This document shows positions 1-13,400 of a stretch of DNA of 64,000 nucleotides, in pieces; position 1 is the first letter of the stretch; each line of letters begins with the position of its first letter. The translations under genes were made by a program, and so were the position numbers. The notes beneath the pieces were generated by a model. The model saw only the letters and a list, made by a program, of their open reading frames with translations, was not told the DNA's origin and did no database searches. Source of the DNA: Adineta vaga (lineage: Eukaryota > Animalia > Rotifera). The stretch is from positions 17,732,001 to 17,796,000 of the forward strand of contig CP075493.1 in assembly GCA_021613535.1 (NCBI GenBank). Direction: 5' to 3'.

Positions 1-208
1 TATAATGATCGTCGCTTTGAAACAAATCATAGTTTCATATTTGTAGTCTTCAACGTATTGCAACGACGTGATGCTTGTTTTCATGCTCAATTAATCGCAA
101 CAAAACCATATTTTCAAGCATCAGCTAATGAAATTCAATCAATCAAAAGCAAAGATATTGAAGCGGCTCTTGACAACAATACGAAAAGAACATATAATAC
201 AGAAGCAA

Positions 209-1198
209 CCCACGAAAAAAAATATTTAGTAAAACCGCTAGTATCAGCGGTTTTTTTCAGAACGCCGCGGTTTCTATGCAGCACACCGCGGTATGATTTT
301 GGTAACCGCCATTTCTATCGGTTTTTATGGAACGAGGTAATACCAAATCGCGGTTAATGACGTCCATACCGCGATTTCATATAAAGTGGTAATGAGCGGT
401 TTTGCATACCACGGTGTAACGAGTAATAACCGCGTTATTATATACAGTGGTTATCAGTGGTTCTGCATACCGCGGTGCGGACGTTAACAACCGCGGTTTC
501 ATATAAAGTGGCAATGAGCGGTTTTCTATACCGCGGTGTACCAACTATTAACCGCGGTTTCATATAGACTGGTAATCAGTGGCGTTGGATATCGCGGTAT
601 GAATACTAATAACCGCGGTTTTCTGAGACTGCGGTTAGTAGTGGTTTTTCTTAAACCGCGGTATGGATTTCAACAACTGCGGTTTAATGAACCGCGGTGT
701 ACTGGCTGAAGAACGCGGTATCTCAATTCAAAAATGAATGTGCAAGGACTTAGAGGATGTCGTGCCCCGCTTTTTCGTAACTTTTTGCACAATTTTTCTT
801 GTGTGGGCTCTGTCATCAACAAATGACTTAGGAGTTCAATGGGACTTGGAAAAGTTCCTACAAAGCCCCTCGAAGGGCAACCTCTCTTAAAGTGTAGAGG
901 GGAGAGGCTGACTAGGTGGCCTTGGGTGAATTCAGTTGGGTGGGGTTTTTGACACCGCGGTTTTCAGCGGTTTATATGGACCGCAATTCTCAACGGTTTT
1001 CTCATAAAGCGGGAGTCAGACCATTAATGAAGTTATCAGAAACCGCCTCAAACCGCGATTCTCAAAAACCGCGGTTTCTGGCGGTATTTGGCACCTTCAT
1101 TAATGGTCTGACTTCCGCTTTATAAAAAAACCGTTGAAAATCGCGGTTTCCAAAACCGCTGAATGGCAGCGGTTTTTTGTCTTATTTTTTTCCGTGGG
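209..1198. mobile_element. Non-autonomous TIR element (CMC/CACTA-like MITE), 990 bp
   Basis: Termini CCCACGAAAAAA ... TTTTTTCCGTGGG with 2-bp TSD AA (207-208, 1199-1200). Removing it restores the Rep reading ...TEA-N-SALNKLL. Confidence 0.85.
270..720. repeat. Degenerate ~61-bp tandem repeat rich in ACCGCGGT palindromes (MITE subterminal repeats)
   Basis: ACCGCG recurs at 368, 429, 490, 551 and 612; more CCGCGG motifs at 955-1170. Confidence 0.8.
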
Positions 1199-3062
1199 AA
1201 ATAGTGCATTAAATAAACTTTTACAACATATTAAAACTGTCGGTGGTCGAGTTATGGGATCAGCATATTCTAGAACGGCCTTACGTACTCGTATACATGC
1301 ACTTATTTTTAATCAAGGTTTACCGAGTATATTTCTTACCATAAATCCAGCCGACATTCATAGTCCTGTAGCATTATATTTTGCTGGTGTTCAACTCAAT
1401 CTTGATCAAATTAAAGATGAACAACTTATGGATACTTATCGAAGAGCCGAAATTATAGCATCTCATCCTGTTGCTACTGCCAAATTTTTCCATGTATTGA
1501 TCAGCAATATCTTGGAAACTATGATAATGGATGGAGTTCTTGGGCCAATAAAGGCTTACTTTGGTACAGTCGAAAGTCAAGGCCGAGGTTCACTTCACTT
1601 GCATCTTCTTATTTGGCTTGATCATGATATGAAACCAACTGATATGAAAGAAAAAATTCAAGATGCTACTTTTCGTAACAAGCTAATAGCATATTTAGAA
1701 GATATCATCAAAGAAGATTTAGATGATTTCAAAGAAAAACAAATCACCGAATCTTCTAACGGTATGAAATATATTTATGCTATTGAATTGTTCATCTTTC
1801 TTTATTTATAGTAGAACCACAACCATCGCAAAATAATATTTATAATGCTTTACGTACTATTGATTTGACAGGTGCTGCAGAAAATACACTTCGGTCGCCT
1901 CTTTTTTCAACACCAACTAAGCAGCATTTACCTTCTCCATCGATTCCATTTCGTTCACCATCAATTCCATATGGATCTCCAGTAGCAAGTCCATTGGCAC
2001 GAACACCAACACATGATCGATCTGCAGTTGGTACGTTACAATAAAATTTTATAAAAATAAAATATTTATAAGTATTTTCAGATATGAATGTGTCATCTAA
2101 TCAATCAAAATTACCACCAGCTTGCTTACCCACTCCAAATCCATCGTCGCCTAATTTTCGATCAAAATTTCGTGCACATGTAGCACAAGTTGCTGAATCT
2201 AGCAATACTCATAGGCACTGTGATACATGTTTTAAATACTGCAAGGATGGTAAGAGGATTTGTCGATCGATTATGCCACGAAAAAGGTGCCAGTATCAAC
2301 AATCGATTCAGAAACTGGTGGTATTTCGATGAAACGATCAGATCCATGGATGAATAATTTCAATGAATATATTATCTCAGCTTGTCGATCCAATATGGAT
2401 ATTAAATTTAATTGGACTGGAAATGATACCAAAGCTTTAGTCTATTATATTACCGATTATGTCACAAAAATGAGTCTCTCATTTCATGATACATTTTCTC
2501 TTGTTCAAAAAAGTATTACATCATTACAAAATCCAAACAACCAAGTAGACACGGAAAATGTAATTGAAAAATCACGTAAACTCGTTTTACGTTGTTATAA
2601 TGCACTTGCTTCACAACAAGAATTATCTGGTGTGCAAGTTGCTTCTTATCTCATGAATTGGGACGACCATTATACAACACATAAGTTTCAAGGTCTTTAT
2701 TTGATTCAAACCGAACGATTTTTACAAAGTGAATTAAATGAAATGCGTGCTAAACAAAATCTTCAATCAACATCTCAGGGTAAGTCTAATTAATTCCTTT
2801 TATATGTTTATTATTTCATTCTCTCATACGGTGACAATCTTTTTTTTTTATATGTTAGGCGTGAGAGACGCATAGAGAGAGAGGAGAGGAAGAGAGAAGA
2901 GAGAAGGAGAAAAAGAAAGAAGGAAGCGAAAAAGAAAAAGAGATAGCGATAGGCTCAAATTGAACATAAGGAAAGTTGACCTATAACAATTGATTAGCCG
3001 CACACGTATATGTTAAGACAGAAAGGAAAGAGGAATGATAGGAAGAAGGATAACGTTCAATA

Positions 3063-3723
3063 GAGTAGATAGGGGCTATTATGAATGCGTTTTTAAAAAA
3101 TCGTATTAAATCTGTTATAACTCTTCCATTTTTCGTTCATTTTTTTTGCCGAAAACACCAATGTGTAGCCCGAACATTTTTCTTCAAGTCTGTCTAAAAA
3201 TTATTCGCAGATCTTGTCTAGACCATGTTCAGCACCTATTCTACTGAGAGCCCTGCATTTTGTTCATACTAGCCTCGTTTCTGACAATTATGAACATACA
3301 GTGAAAGATGCGGGGCAATTATGAACACTAATGTAAATTAGCTGAAAAAGCTAAGCCTCATTGTAATTCGCTTTACTCGTGATAGAAACAAGATTTACTA
3401 TTGATTTTTTCATCAATCGATAGAGTATCTCTTTCTCTACAATTGGTGATGTTCATCCAGTTATATCGCACAATTTGAAGTAACGCCAACTAAAATGATG
3501 AGAAGTAATCAACGGAAAAAAAATTTTTTTTTGTTCATAATTGCCCCATTGAGGCAATTATGAACGCTAATTAATATAGTGGGACTATTGTGAACAATAC
3601 ATTAAAACACCAGCTAAACTTAGCTCCTAATTTCTGATCAGTTTCTAAATGAACTAAGCATCAGATTGAGAAATTTTTGCTACAAAAAAGATGCACCATT
3701 TCATTCTCTATAATCCTATACTA
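3063..3723 (+). repeat. pogo left TIR (661 bp)
   Basis: Inverted match to 6745-7362 and 19956-19998; internal GGGGCAATTATGAAC-like repeats. Confidence 0.92.
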
Positions 3724-4059
3724 TTATGCGTGTTACATGCTAAAGATCAGTAATACAATGATGATATCAAAGACATTTAATCATACTTTAGTGTTGAAAT
3801 TATTATCAAATGTCTTAAGTATATTGTAGTCATTAGTTTAAAGTAAGAAAATAGATTACTATTAACATATATTTGTCAAGTTTTTTACTTGTACAATAAT
3901 ATAAATACATGAGGTGAGAAAAGGTTCAGTGAAAACGAAAAAAATTGAAAATATACGTATAAAGATAGCTTTAAGAGAATAATTTGTTCTCTAGTAAATA
4001 TTGAAAGTCCTATCAAACACATGTAATATGAAAGACTATGAAAACAAGAATAAGTATAC

Positions 4060-6523
4060 TTATCTCAAACGACAATTAGCACAATAGTATACGTTGAAAT
4101 AATCTTTAGACCAACAGGTCCAGCATATTGATATACCACATTGAGTACAGTAACCTCCGACATAATAACCAGTAATTGATTGTAAACATCCTCCACAATT
4201 AGATCCATTTGATGATGACGATGAAACAGTTTGTAGTTGTTGTAAGACGTATGATGAAGTTTGATCAGGAATTCGATATGAACCAGTAATTGAAGTGTTG
4301 GTAGGTTGAGACAAATAGCTGATATTTTGAGGGGCATACTGTAATGGTGCCATTTGATATCGGGGTGAAATTGAAATAGAACCATCGTGTGGATGCAATG
4401 AAGTAAATGTTGATAGATTTGTAGGTTGCGATGCAGCAGGTGTTGGTGAAGTTGTGTTTGTCGATAAAAGTGCTGATGTGGATGAATTTGTTGGTTTGGA
4501 TGAGGTGCTGGCTTTGGATTTCTTTGGTTTTTCTTCTTTCTTCTTTTTTTTCACGATGTTTTCACCAAGAACATCTAAGTCTGTAACGCTAAGACCATAT
4601 GGCCTTTTTATAATCCTTTTTTTCTTTGTTGTTGCATTAGAAGATGTTGGCGTTAAGTACTTGGATATGATCGCTTCGATTGTAGATAAAACTTTTGTAC
4701 TATCTAGAAATAATAAATCATATGTCATTCCATATGTATAAGTTTTTGATGTTTACTGGAATACTTACCGGTATTTGCTGATCCATTTGGGGCTGTAGAA
4801 GGAACTGATGATGAAGATGTTACAGAAGAATTCGATGGTGGAGGTGAAAGAGAAGAATTGGATGATTGGGATGATAAAGAAGAATCTGATGGTACACGTG
4901 CTGAATTATTTCCGTTTGGATTTGTTGATGTTGTTGGAACTGATGGTTGGTTGATACCGCTGGTTTTATCTAAAACATCATTGAGTAAGTCGTAGGCTCT
5001 TGTTGTTCGATCACATAATGACGAATCGCCAAGTGATGTAGCATTTAAACAAGTTGTTGATGTTGAAAAACCTATTGAATAAGAAAGTAAACAAATGAAA
5101 TGACGAAAAAAACAATTTTTACCATTAGTAAATTGTGGTGATGAATTAGATCTAGCTGATCGTTTTGCATGATTTCCTATTGGACTTACTAAGTTGACAG
5201 ATGTATTTAATTGTACCGGTGGTGTTTGTGTCGGTTGCTGAGGTGCTATTTCATCATCTGATGAAATAGTTTTAATCATTCTATGTTTTTTTACAGCTCT
5301 TCGATCAAATGGAACAATCCCCGCTTTAGCAAAGGCAGTAGAACAATGCGCAGGAATAAGAGCATAATCATATAATTTTGAGAACATATCGACAAAATCG
5401 CTTTTATCCATCACACGAGATGTCTTCTTGTTTCTTTCCCAAAGTAAATCTTTCCATTGTTGTTTCACATATCTGAGAGTATAAATATCTAACGGCTGAA
5501 GCAAATGGGTAGAATGACTGGGAAGGCATAACATGTGTATGTCGTGCTGAATGGCCAATCGAACAGTTTTTAAGTTTAAATGGGAATAATGACCATCAAA
5601 TAGAAGAAGAATTGGAGGTTTTAAATGTTTTGTATTTGGAATAAATAATTTCTCCAAATAATCATAAAAGCAATTTTCATCGGACCACCCATTCTTAGTG
5701 CCGTTGAAAACTGCCCCTTTTATTGTATTCTTCGGACACCAATGTGAGTACAACCTCAAGGACTTGTAAATGATGTACGGTGGCAAGCAACAACCATTGG
5801 CTCCAATTGTGAGTAAGACAGTAGTCATACCTTTTCCAGAATTACTTTGAATCCTAAAACAAAAGATAAAATAACTCGTCATATAAATCCTGAATGTTCT
5901 TCAATATTATCAACTTACTGATCAGCATACTTGGTACCACGTTTAACTACAACAACACGTCGGCCAGCTTCAGTACAGAATCCTGATTCGTCAACATTAA
6001 AGATATTCTGTGGTTTGTCCAAAAGATCAAGCTTTGATAAAACTAATTGTAAAGTATTAAACCAACCAGTAATAATTTCTTCTGTCACACCTTGAGCACG
6101 TGCATTTTCCAAACTGCTGCTTTTCATCAGTTTTAATTCATTCGTCCATCTTTTCAAAAAAGAATAATACCAGTCTTTTGTTGGTTTACCATTACTAAAA
6201 CGTGATTTTAAGTCCATCAGCTCTATATAATCATTAACATATTTAAGAACATCATTACATGTGGACAATTGTCCCCATTCCTGTAGAGTAATAATTAATT
6301 TGACCAGATAAGATTCTTCATCAGCATTTAAAGCTGTTGGATGCCCAGCACTGTGACTGACCTGATTCAAAACGTGTATTGATAACGTTGAAAGTGGAAC
6401 ATGAAATTCGGCACTAGCCTTTCTGAAAGTCCAGTTATCTTCTTTTATAGCTTTAACAGCATTTTCAAGCTGTTCTTTTGTATAAACTGGTCCTGGGGTT
6501 TTTCTTTTGTATGTTCGAACCAT
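4060..6523 (-). CDS. pogo/Fot transposase, 4 exons (HTH_psq and CENP-B-type HTH, DDE_1, Ser/Thr linker, C-terminal Cys-rich PHD-like finger)
   Basis: MVRTYKRK HTH start; catalytic NVDESG / LFDGHYSH / QPLD with 35 residues between D2 and D3; GT-AG introns near 5917-5855, 5121-5073 and 4768-4704; four CxxC pairs at the C-terminus. Confidence 0.9.
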
Positions 6524-6744
6524 TTATAACGATTTTTGATCTGATAAACTTGTTTTTTAGTCAACAAAACAAACAATAAACTTCTATATAATAATCTAGT
6601 CTAGTCAGTACATCTTCCTTTGACAAATGACCAATCCAAAAACTGAAAAGATTCTATCGCCATTCTGGAGGAAAAGAAACTTTTAGTATGAAAATTTACT
6701 TACGTTGAACTGATAGTGATTATAATCTCATATACTTGTGAATG

Positions 6745-7362
6745 TAGTATAGGATTATAGAGAATGAAATGGTGCATCTTTTTTGTAGCAAAAATTTCTC
6801 AATCTGATGCTTAGTTCATTTAGAAACTGATCAGAAATTAGGAGCTAAGTTTAGCTGGTGTTTTAATGTATTGTTCACAATAGTCCCACTATATTAATTA
6901 GCGTTCATAATTGCCTCAATGGGGCAATTATGAACAAAAAAAAATTTTTTTTCCGTTGATTACTTCTCATCATTTTAGTTGGCGTTACTTCAAATTGTGC
7001 GATATAACTGGATGAACATCACCAATTGTAGAGAAAGAGATACTCTATCGATTGATGAAAAAATCAATAGTAAATCTTGTTTCTATCACGAGTAAAGCGA
7101 ATTACAATGAGGCTTAGCTTTTTCAGCTAATTTACATTAGTGTTCATAATTGCCCCGCATCTTTCACTGTATGTTCATAATTGTCAGAAACGAGGCTAGT
7201 ATGAACAAAATGCAGGGCTCTCAGTAGAATAGGTGCTGAACATGGTCTAGACAAGATCTGCGAATAATTTTTAGACAGACTTGAAGAAAAATGTTCGGGC
7301 TACACATTGGTGTTTTCGGCAAAAAAAATGAACGAAAAATGGAAGAGTTATAACAGATTTAA
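6745..7362 (-). repeat. pogo right TIR, inner 618 bp (outer 43 bp displaced to 19956-19998)
   Basis: Reverse complement of 3106-3723. Confidence 0.92.
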
Positions 7363-7685
7363 GGGGACCCCCCCCCCCTTTCCGGCGTTTCTCAAGAACG
7401 GTCAAGCCAAAAGTTCTGAAATTTTCAGGGTAGATAGCTCTCGAAGAGTAGAACAAAAGTTCTCACAGGCCAAAAGTTGCCAGACCTCGTCGTCACATGG
7501 AGTGGCAAATATCAAATTGGAACAAATTTTAAAGGTTGCGTGTCAAAATTATTAAAAATTTTAACTTTTAAAAACTTGAAAATTTTAAAAATTCTTATAA
7601 TTTTTGCAAATTGAGTAAGTATAAAAATAAAAGTGCGTTATCACATGAATTATTAGTGTAAAACAAAAATCAATCTCTACTACAG

Positions 7686-7872
7686 TTAAAATTCAATCAG
7701 AAACCAGAAATCTACCTTCGATGAAATTAAAATTCAATCAGAAATCAGAAATCTACGTTTGATACAACTAAAATTCAATCAGAAATCAGAAATCTACCTT
7801 CGATGAAATTAAAATTCAATCAGAAATCAGAAATCTACGCTTGATACAATTAAAATTCAATCAGAAATCAGC
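7686..7872. repeat. 41-bp tandem repeat, ~4.5 copies (KDZ left subterminal)
   Basis: Unit TTAAAATTCAATCAGAAATCAGAAATCTACCTTCGATGAAA at 7686, 7727 and onward. Confidence 0.9.
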
Positions 7873-7978
7873 AATTAGAACAATTATAATACTTTTTGTC
7901 AATCAAGAATCAACCAAAGAAGTGAATTTGCGAGATATATTTGTAAAGAAAAGTGGTAAGGATTAATAAAAAAAGTAT

Positions 7979-10064
7979 TCAAAGTGCTTGATCATATGAA
8001 TCGATACCTGTAGTTTTACAGTTTTTTAAATGAAACAGAACTGTGAAGAATATGGTCGATTTTGGATAATTATATCCTCGAAAAGAATTTTTGAATTGCG
8101 ACAGGTACGAAAACATTTGTTCAGCAACTTGTGTATTGATGGATTTAAAAACATCATGGTGAGATGAGTGATCAGGTCTCATTACTGTTTTACACATTTG
8201 TCTTGTATGGTTCTTAACATGAAAGCGGTCAATTGCCATGGTTAGATCTGTTAGAAATTGGGTGAAATTTGTTGATTTCAAATCTTCCGTACCAAAATGT
8301 TTTTTTATAAACAATTTTAATGTGCACGCACAATCGTAACACATGGCGATGGGTAATTGACCAAACCGCTTTATTGTTAGAATATGATGAAGAACTCGTC
8401 GCACTATTATTTTATTATAGAGATGAAGAAATATGTTAATTATTAGCAAAATAAAACAAATCTTTACACCAACTTCCTTCAGAACATGGTAACTCTGTAA
8501 ATCAACTATGACAGCACAACTTAAGAATGTGGCTAAAAATCCGTAAGTACTGATTTTGCATTTAACATTTACTCCAGAGCGGAATACATTGCAAATTTTG
8601 TTATCATATTGGCCATCATCATTTATATAATCACTTAGCGCTAATTTGTCTAATACTTGTTCTTTATCTTCGTTAATGATCTCTGGTGTCATATGAGTCA
8701 TTCGATCATTTTCCTCTAATGTTGCTGGTTGATGATGCTGGCAGTATCTGTGGTCGATACCAGGTGCTATGATAAAAGCATTAATGAATACAATGATGTA
8801 CAAATCCTTATGAAATATACCTCTCCTTAACGGTGAATACAAACAACCCATCTGAATTGGACCTAACTCTGGGATGGTGCAATCAAACACATTCTTATAC
8901 TGGCAAACCAATCTATTGGCTTTTTGATGACCATCAACAACAAAAATTTTTGAGCACGTTTCAGGATTGCATTTTTTCGTAAACCGTTGATGATTTGTCC
9001 AAAAAACAACAAAATTTTTATATAGATCATTTTTAATCAACAAAAAATATGGATTACATTCATCAATATCACGTACAGACATTGGTATTTGAACAATTTT
9101 GTCGTTTGTTGTCATGAATTTAAATTTTGCAATATTGATGAAAAGCCACACCATTTGGAAATTTTTTTCATTCAAAAGACTTCAAAAGAAAACAATCACA
9201 ATGTACATATATGCAAAACAAAGTGATTATCATCTTACGAAATACAACCACCATTTACAGTAGCAGCATTGTGACCTAGTCTCCTATTGATCAATTCAAT
9301 TTTTGAGTTATAAGCGTTGGTATATCCTTCAAAAGATACTGTATTTTGGATTAAGTTTTGATCAAAATCAATCAGCAAGTTTTGATCAAATATTTGGTTA
9401 CCGTTTAAGTAAATAAACTTATCATTCTTAATTGATTCTAATGTAACAAACTTATTATTCTTTTGGATATAAAAATTTGGAAATATTTCAATATCACATG
9501 TTGCACAATAACAAGTGGCAATAACTGTCAATGAAAATTCTGGTTATTTATGCGTTATCAACAAACATTATGTGTTCACTTACGAGCTCTATATGTTCGT
9601 GTCAATGACATCACTGTCTTTGAACGATGAGCATATACAGGTTTCAATGATGTCTGGCATTCAATACATGTAGTAGTATATGGTTGTAAATATAATTCAT
9701 GTGCATTTGCAGATTCGGCAATATTGTTGGCACTATATTTATCAATCATTTCACGTATAGAATATTGCTGGAACATTGCATCAAATAATGGTTGTGTTGA
9801 CATAAATTCAATTATTGTTCGTACAGTATGAACTTCATACGATTTACCGAAATGTAAACTAATAATATTCCGTATGTGCTGATACTTATGCGGCAATTCT
9901 TGTGGAAAAAATTTGTTCAAATTCATTACACACATAATCTCATTCAAACGCATTGTTCTCATCATCAATATTAAAGTATGTTCTTCATCGGTAATTTCAA
10001 CAGGTGTACATGTTGGTATATCAGCAGAAGCTGTATTCATATTGTTATATTTATCTGAAAACAT
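7979..10064 (-). CDS. KDZ transposase with CxC5/CxC6-like cysteine clusters, multi-exon, one probable frameshift near 8503
   Basis: CIEC and CATC..PNFY clusters, VVDGHQK..R..C, YDCACTL, IDRFHVKNH...C, INTQVAEQMFSYL; short GT-AG introns between ORF segments. Confidence 0.85.
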
Positions 10065-10415
10065 ATGTAAAAATGTATTTTCTAGATAATATTTACGTCA
10101 CATTTTCATGTAGTCGAATATCACACTCTCAAGGAATTGTTTACATCATCATGCATTTTAATGTATTATAATCCATCAAGATAAACTAATAATATTCATA
10201 AATACATGATAATTTAATAATTGGAGATATGAATATCGCTTCGAGTAAGACTTAATTCTTTTTATTTTTATTTTCCATATTAACGTAAGAAGTATATGCG
10301 GAAGTAAAAAAGAACTAAAAATATAAAATTTGACATGCATCAGGCATATTCGAATAAAAAAGTCAATAAAAAATGTCATTATTTAAAAGTTAATACTATT
10401 GTTGAATGAAGTTAA

Positions 10416-13400
10416 TTAATATTTTTTCTTCATTCTTCTTGGTTGTGTTCGTACTTCGTTTTCTTGATCATCAACTGCCCGTAGTTTTCGTTTTGGTCGT
10501 ACAGTTAATGCCAATGTACTTGTAGTTTCAGCTTCTGTAGTTGCATCGATTTGCAGCTGTTGTGTTAATTGGTGAGGTATGTCATCTGTTACACTCTTCT
10601 CACAAGGTAATGAATGTGATATTTGTGTCAACGGTAATTCATTTTCATTATTACTATCGATTTCTTTTAATACATCTGTTGGTCTGAAACGTTGGATGTC
10701 CCATCGAACATGTTCCACGTAGAAAGTATCTGATTGAAAAACCTTGATACATTCATCTGATAGAGTCCAATTATTATTGGTAAACACATTTTCTTTTTGA
10801 TGTGGATAAAAACTCTTCATATACTCTTCAAGTGACATGTTTGCCTACAATAGAATCAAAACGAGATACATATTATCAATTAGAAATCGTGCAAAATGAA
10901 AGAAAGAGATGTGTTACATTTTTCTGCAATGATGCAATGAATTTGAATTTCGATGTGTTGGATTGTAATTGAGGAGCTTTTCTTTGAAAAAAGAATAAAA
11001 ATAATTCGTGTTAGGAAGAAATATAGTTTCAGTTATTACTTGATCCATCCCTCTCTTAAGGAACGCTTCGTATCTTTTTTGATACTTTTTTTTGATCGAC
11101 TTGGTTCTATCCATAAGTCATCCTTCTGCTCGAGTAGCTCAGCTTCAATCAATCGTGTAATCGCTTCCAAACGTATTGATGGTCTATTACATATCTGGGT
11201 AAGATCTGTTTTTGTATAAATAACAGATTTGCTACGTAATATATTATTCATTACTCTTTTCACCGTTTGTTCAGAATGTTTATCATCTGTTTTTTTCACT
11301 ATAGAGAATAATTTAACAAAAGTTCGAAAAAAAAGAAACAATCTATGCGAACCTTCTTTGATGTTATATGATACTAATGTAGAAGAATGTGCATCATCAG
11401 TACTGCCGTTCAGTATTTCAGTTTCAATCTGATTACTACATATAGATATAGAAGAATTATCAAGATCTTTCAATATTTGTGAACTATCAAGCTCAGGTGT
11501 TTCTAAATGCATAGGTGTAGATTATTGAAATTAAAAAATAGAAGAACAAATACTATTATTGACGTCAACATGTTGCTCATATATCAGTTGCACATCTAAA
11601 TCTTGATGTTGTTCTTCACAATCTTTTTCATGTGTATTACATGGAACATTGACTACTGATTCTGTAGTTTTTTCCAATTGAATTGGAGAACTAGTTGTTG
11701 GTTTTGGCGGATTTGCTGCTTTACAATTATTATCTGATTGCTTTCGTCGATTGCACAATAGTAAATTTTCAATATCATTATAATCACAAGAGAATACATC
11801 TTCATTCGTAGTAACAAAGCATCCATCTTCGACTTCTTGTACACTACCATTCTGAATATGATGTTGAATTACTGTTTCTAAATGATTTTTATAACATTTG
11901 TAATATGGCACAAGACAAGAACTGTATTTGAAAATTTCCAAAGATAATGGTGACAATTTGTTATTTGGTGGAATGGAAGATATACGATAGACCGAATAAT
12001 ATTCATCAACATTTATGCCATGTTTGATCAATTTGTTTTTTACACATTCTTGAAGTTCATCGTTAGCTTTGGTTATTGGAATTTTCATATACGATTTTAT
12101 TTTTCTATTTCGAGCATCCAGTAAAAAATAATTGAATTTCAACAAACCATCATTGATCAATTCTTTTAATGCTTGTTCACCTAATGCAGGACGATTTTTA
12201 AGAATTCCGCTTAAAATAATAAATATGAGATGAATATCCGGTTAAACAATTAGAGAGATGGCTACACTTACGTCTGTCCTGTTATAGGATGTTTGTCTGT
12301 CAACGTTGATAATGGAAAAATATTGAATTCACAGAGCATAATTAATTCTTTTAGTCGTGTTTGTTCAGATACAGTTGATGAATGTTTAGTTACAGGTTTA
12401 GTAGAAAAATTGTAATCAATAGTAAACAAAGTTGTCACAACATCGAGTTGATGCTCGTACCATTTCCAAGCAGCCAACACCGCATCCTTGTGAACAATTA
12501 TCATCGGATCCATTGTTGTTTGATCAACGTTCTTTTTTCGTGGTAAATATGTCACATCATAAACATAAAATTTACTTCTAATTATATTTTGTACATTTAC
12601 GATGAACTTCTCATTTATGACAGAATCTTCATCATCTCCTTCTGAATACACTACCGTTTCGTATACTTCACTCAATATACTCATTGCATTGTAATAGAGC
12701 TGAATCAAACAAGCAATACGTGGAATTGTATCTGCAGCTTTCCCATAAAAATCCTTGATTTGTTGTTGTTGATCGAGTTTTTGATCATTTGACTCTTTTA
12801 AATCAATTATTAAATTCCATAACGTATACATAGAGGAATGGTCATTTTGAGATTGAGATTGTTCATCTGGTACACTCAACGATTGATCAAATGTAGCTAC
12901 AATGACATGATAATGAGAAAGATACCAACATATACTCGATGCTTCAGTCATACATACCACCATAGATATTTTCTCGTTCAGATTCACTCATTTCGAACAC
13001 ATAACGGACTTTTTCAAATAAATGTGCAATAACACATAAATGATTAAATGATGGATTATTTTCAGAATATCTATTTCGACGAAAACTGAAAATGAATAAT
13101 TTCAAGTTATTATATGTCTATTTATACTATGAATTCATTACTTTTGCGGTCTTGAATAAATCATCTTTGGCATAACCATATAAATAAACCTGTTATGGGA
13201 GCCATCGAATCCCGCACAATTGCTCCAGTTTTTCATATTTTTCATTAATTTACCACCAGTAGTTGCAATGAAGATAGTCAAACGTTTATCATCGATCTTA
13301 ATAATGGTTGTTCCGGTAGTTCGAAATGACTTTTTGAATCTTATGAAAAAAAAATCTGCTTTTATGATTTAGTTATTTTCTGTACTCTTTACCCATCATA

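Larger units (their letters stand above)
1..2779 (+). pseudogene. Helitron Rep (HUH endonuclease) exons
   Basis: Motifs FLTINP, VESQGRGSLHLHLLIWL and YYITDYVTK. Interrupted by the MITE at 209-1198, introns near 1762-1811 and 2031-2081, and a frameshift near 2285. Confidence 0.9.

Noticed and set aside
58-1200. ORFs 58-357, 916-1125 and the N-terminus of 1134-1811 as real proteins
   Set aside because: They are chimeras or read-through into the non-coding MITE.
4065-4741. Alternate-frame and antisense ORFs overlapping real genes (also 10953-11432, 30156-30530, 46043-46393 and others)
   Set aside because: Shadows of coding sequence with no independent support.
7271-7555. Short ORFs spanning the pogo/Kolobok/KDZ junctions, and 19770-19955
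   Set aside because: They cross insertion boundaries or lie in terminal repeats.
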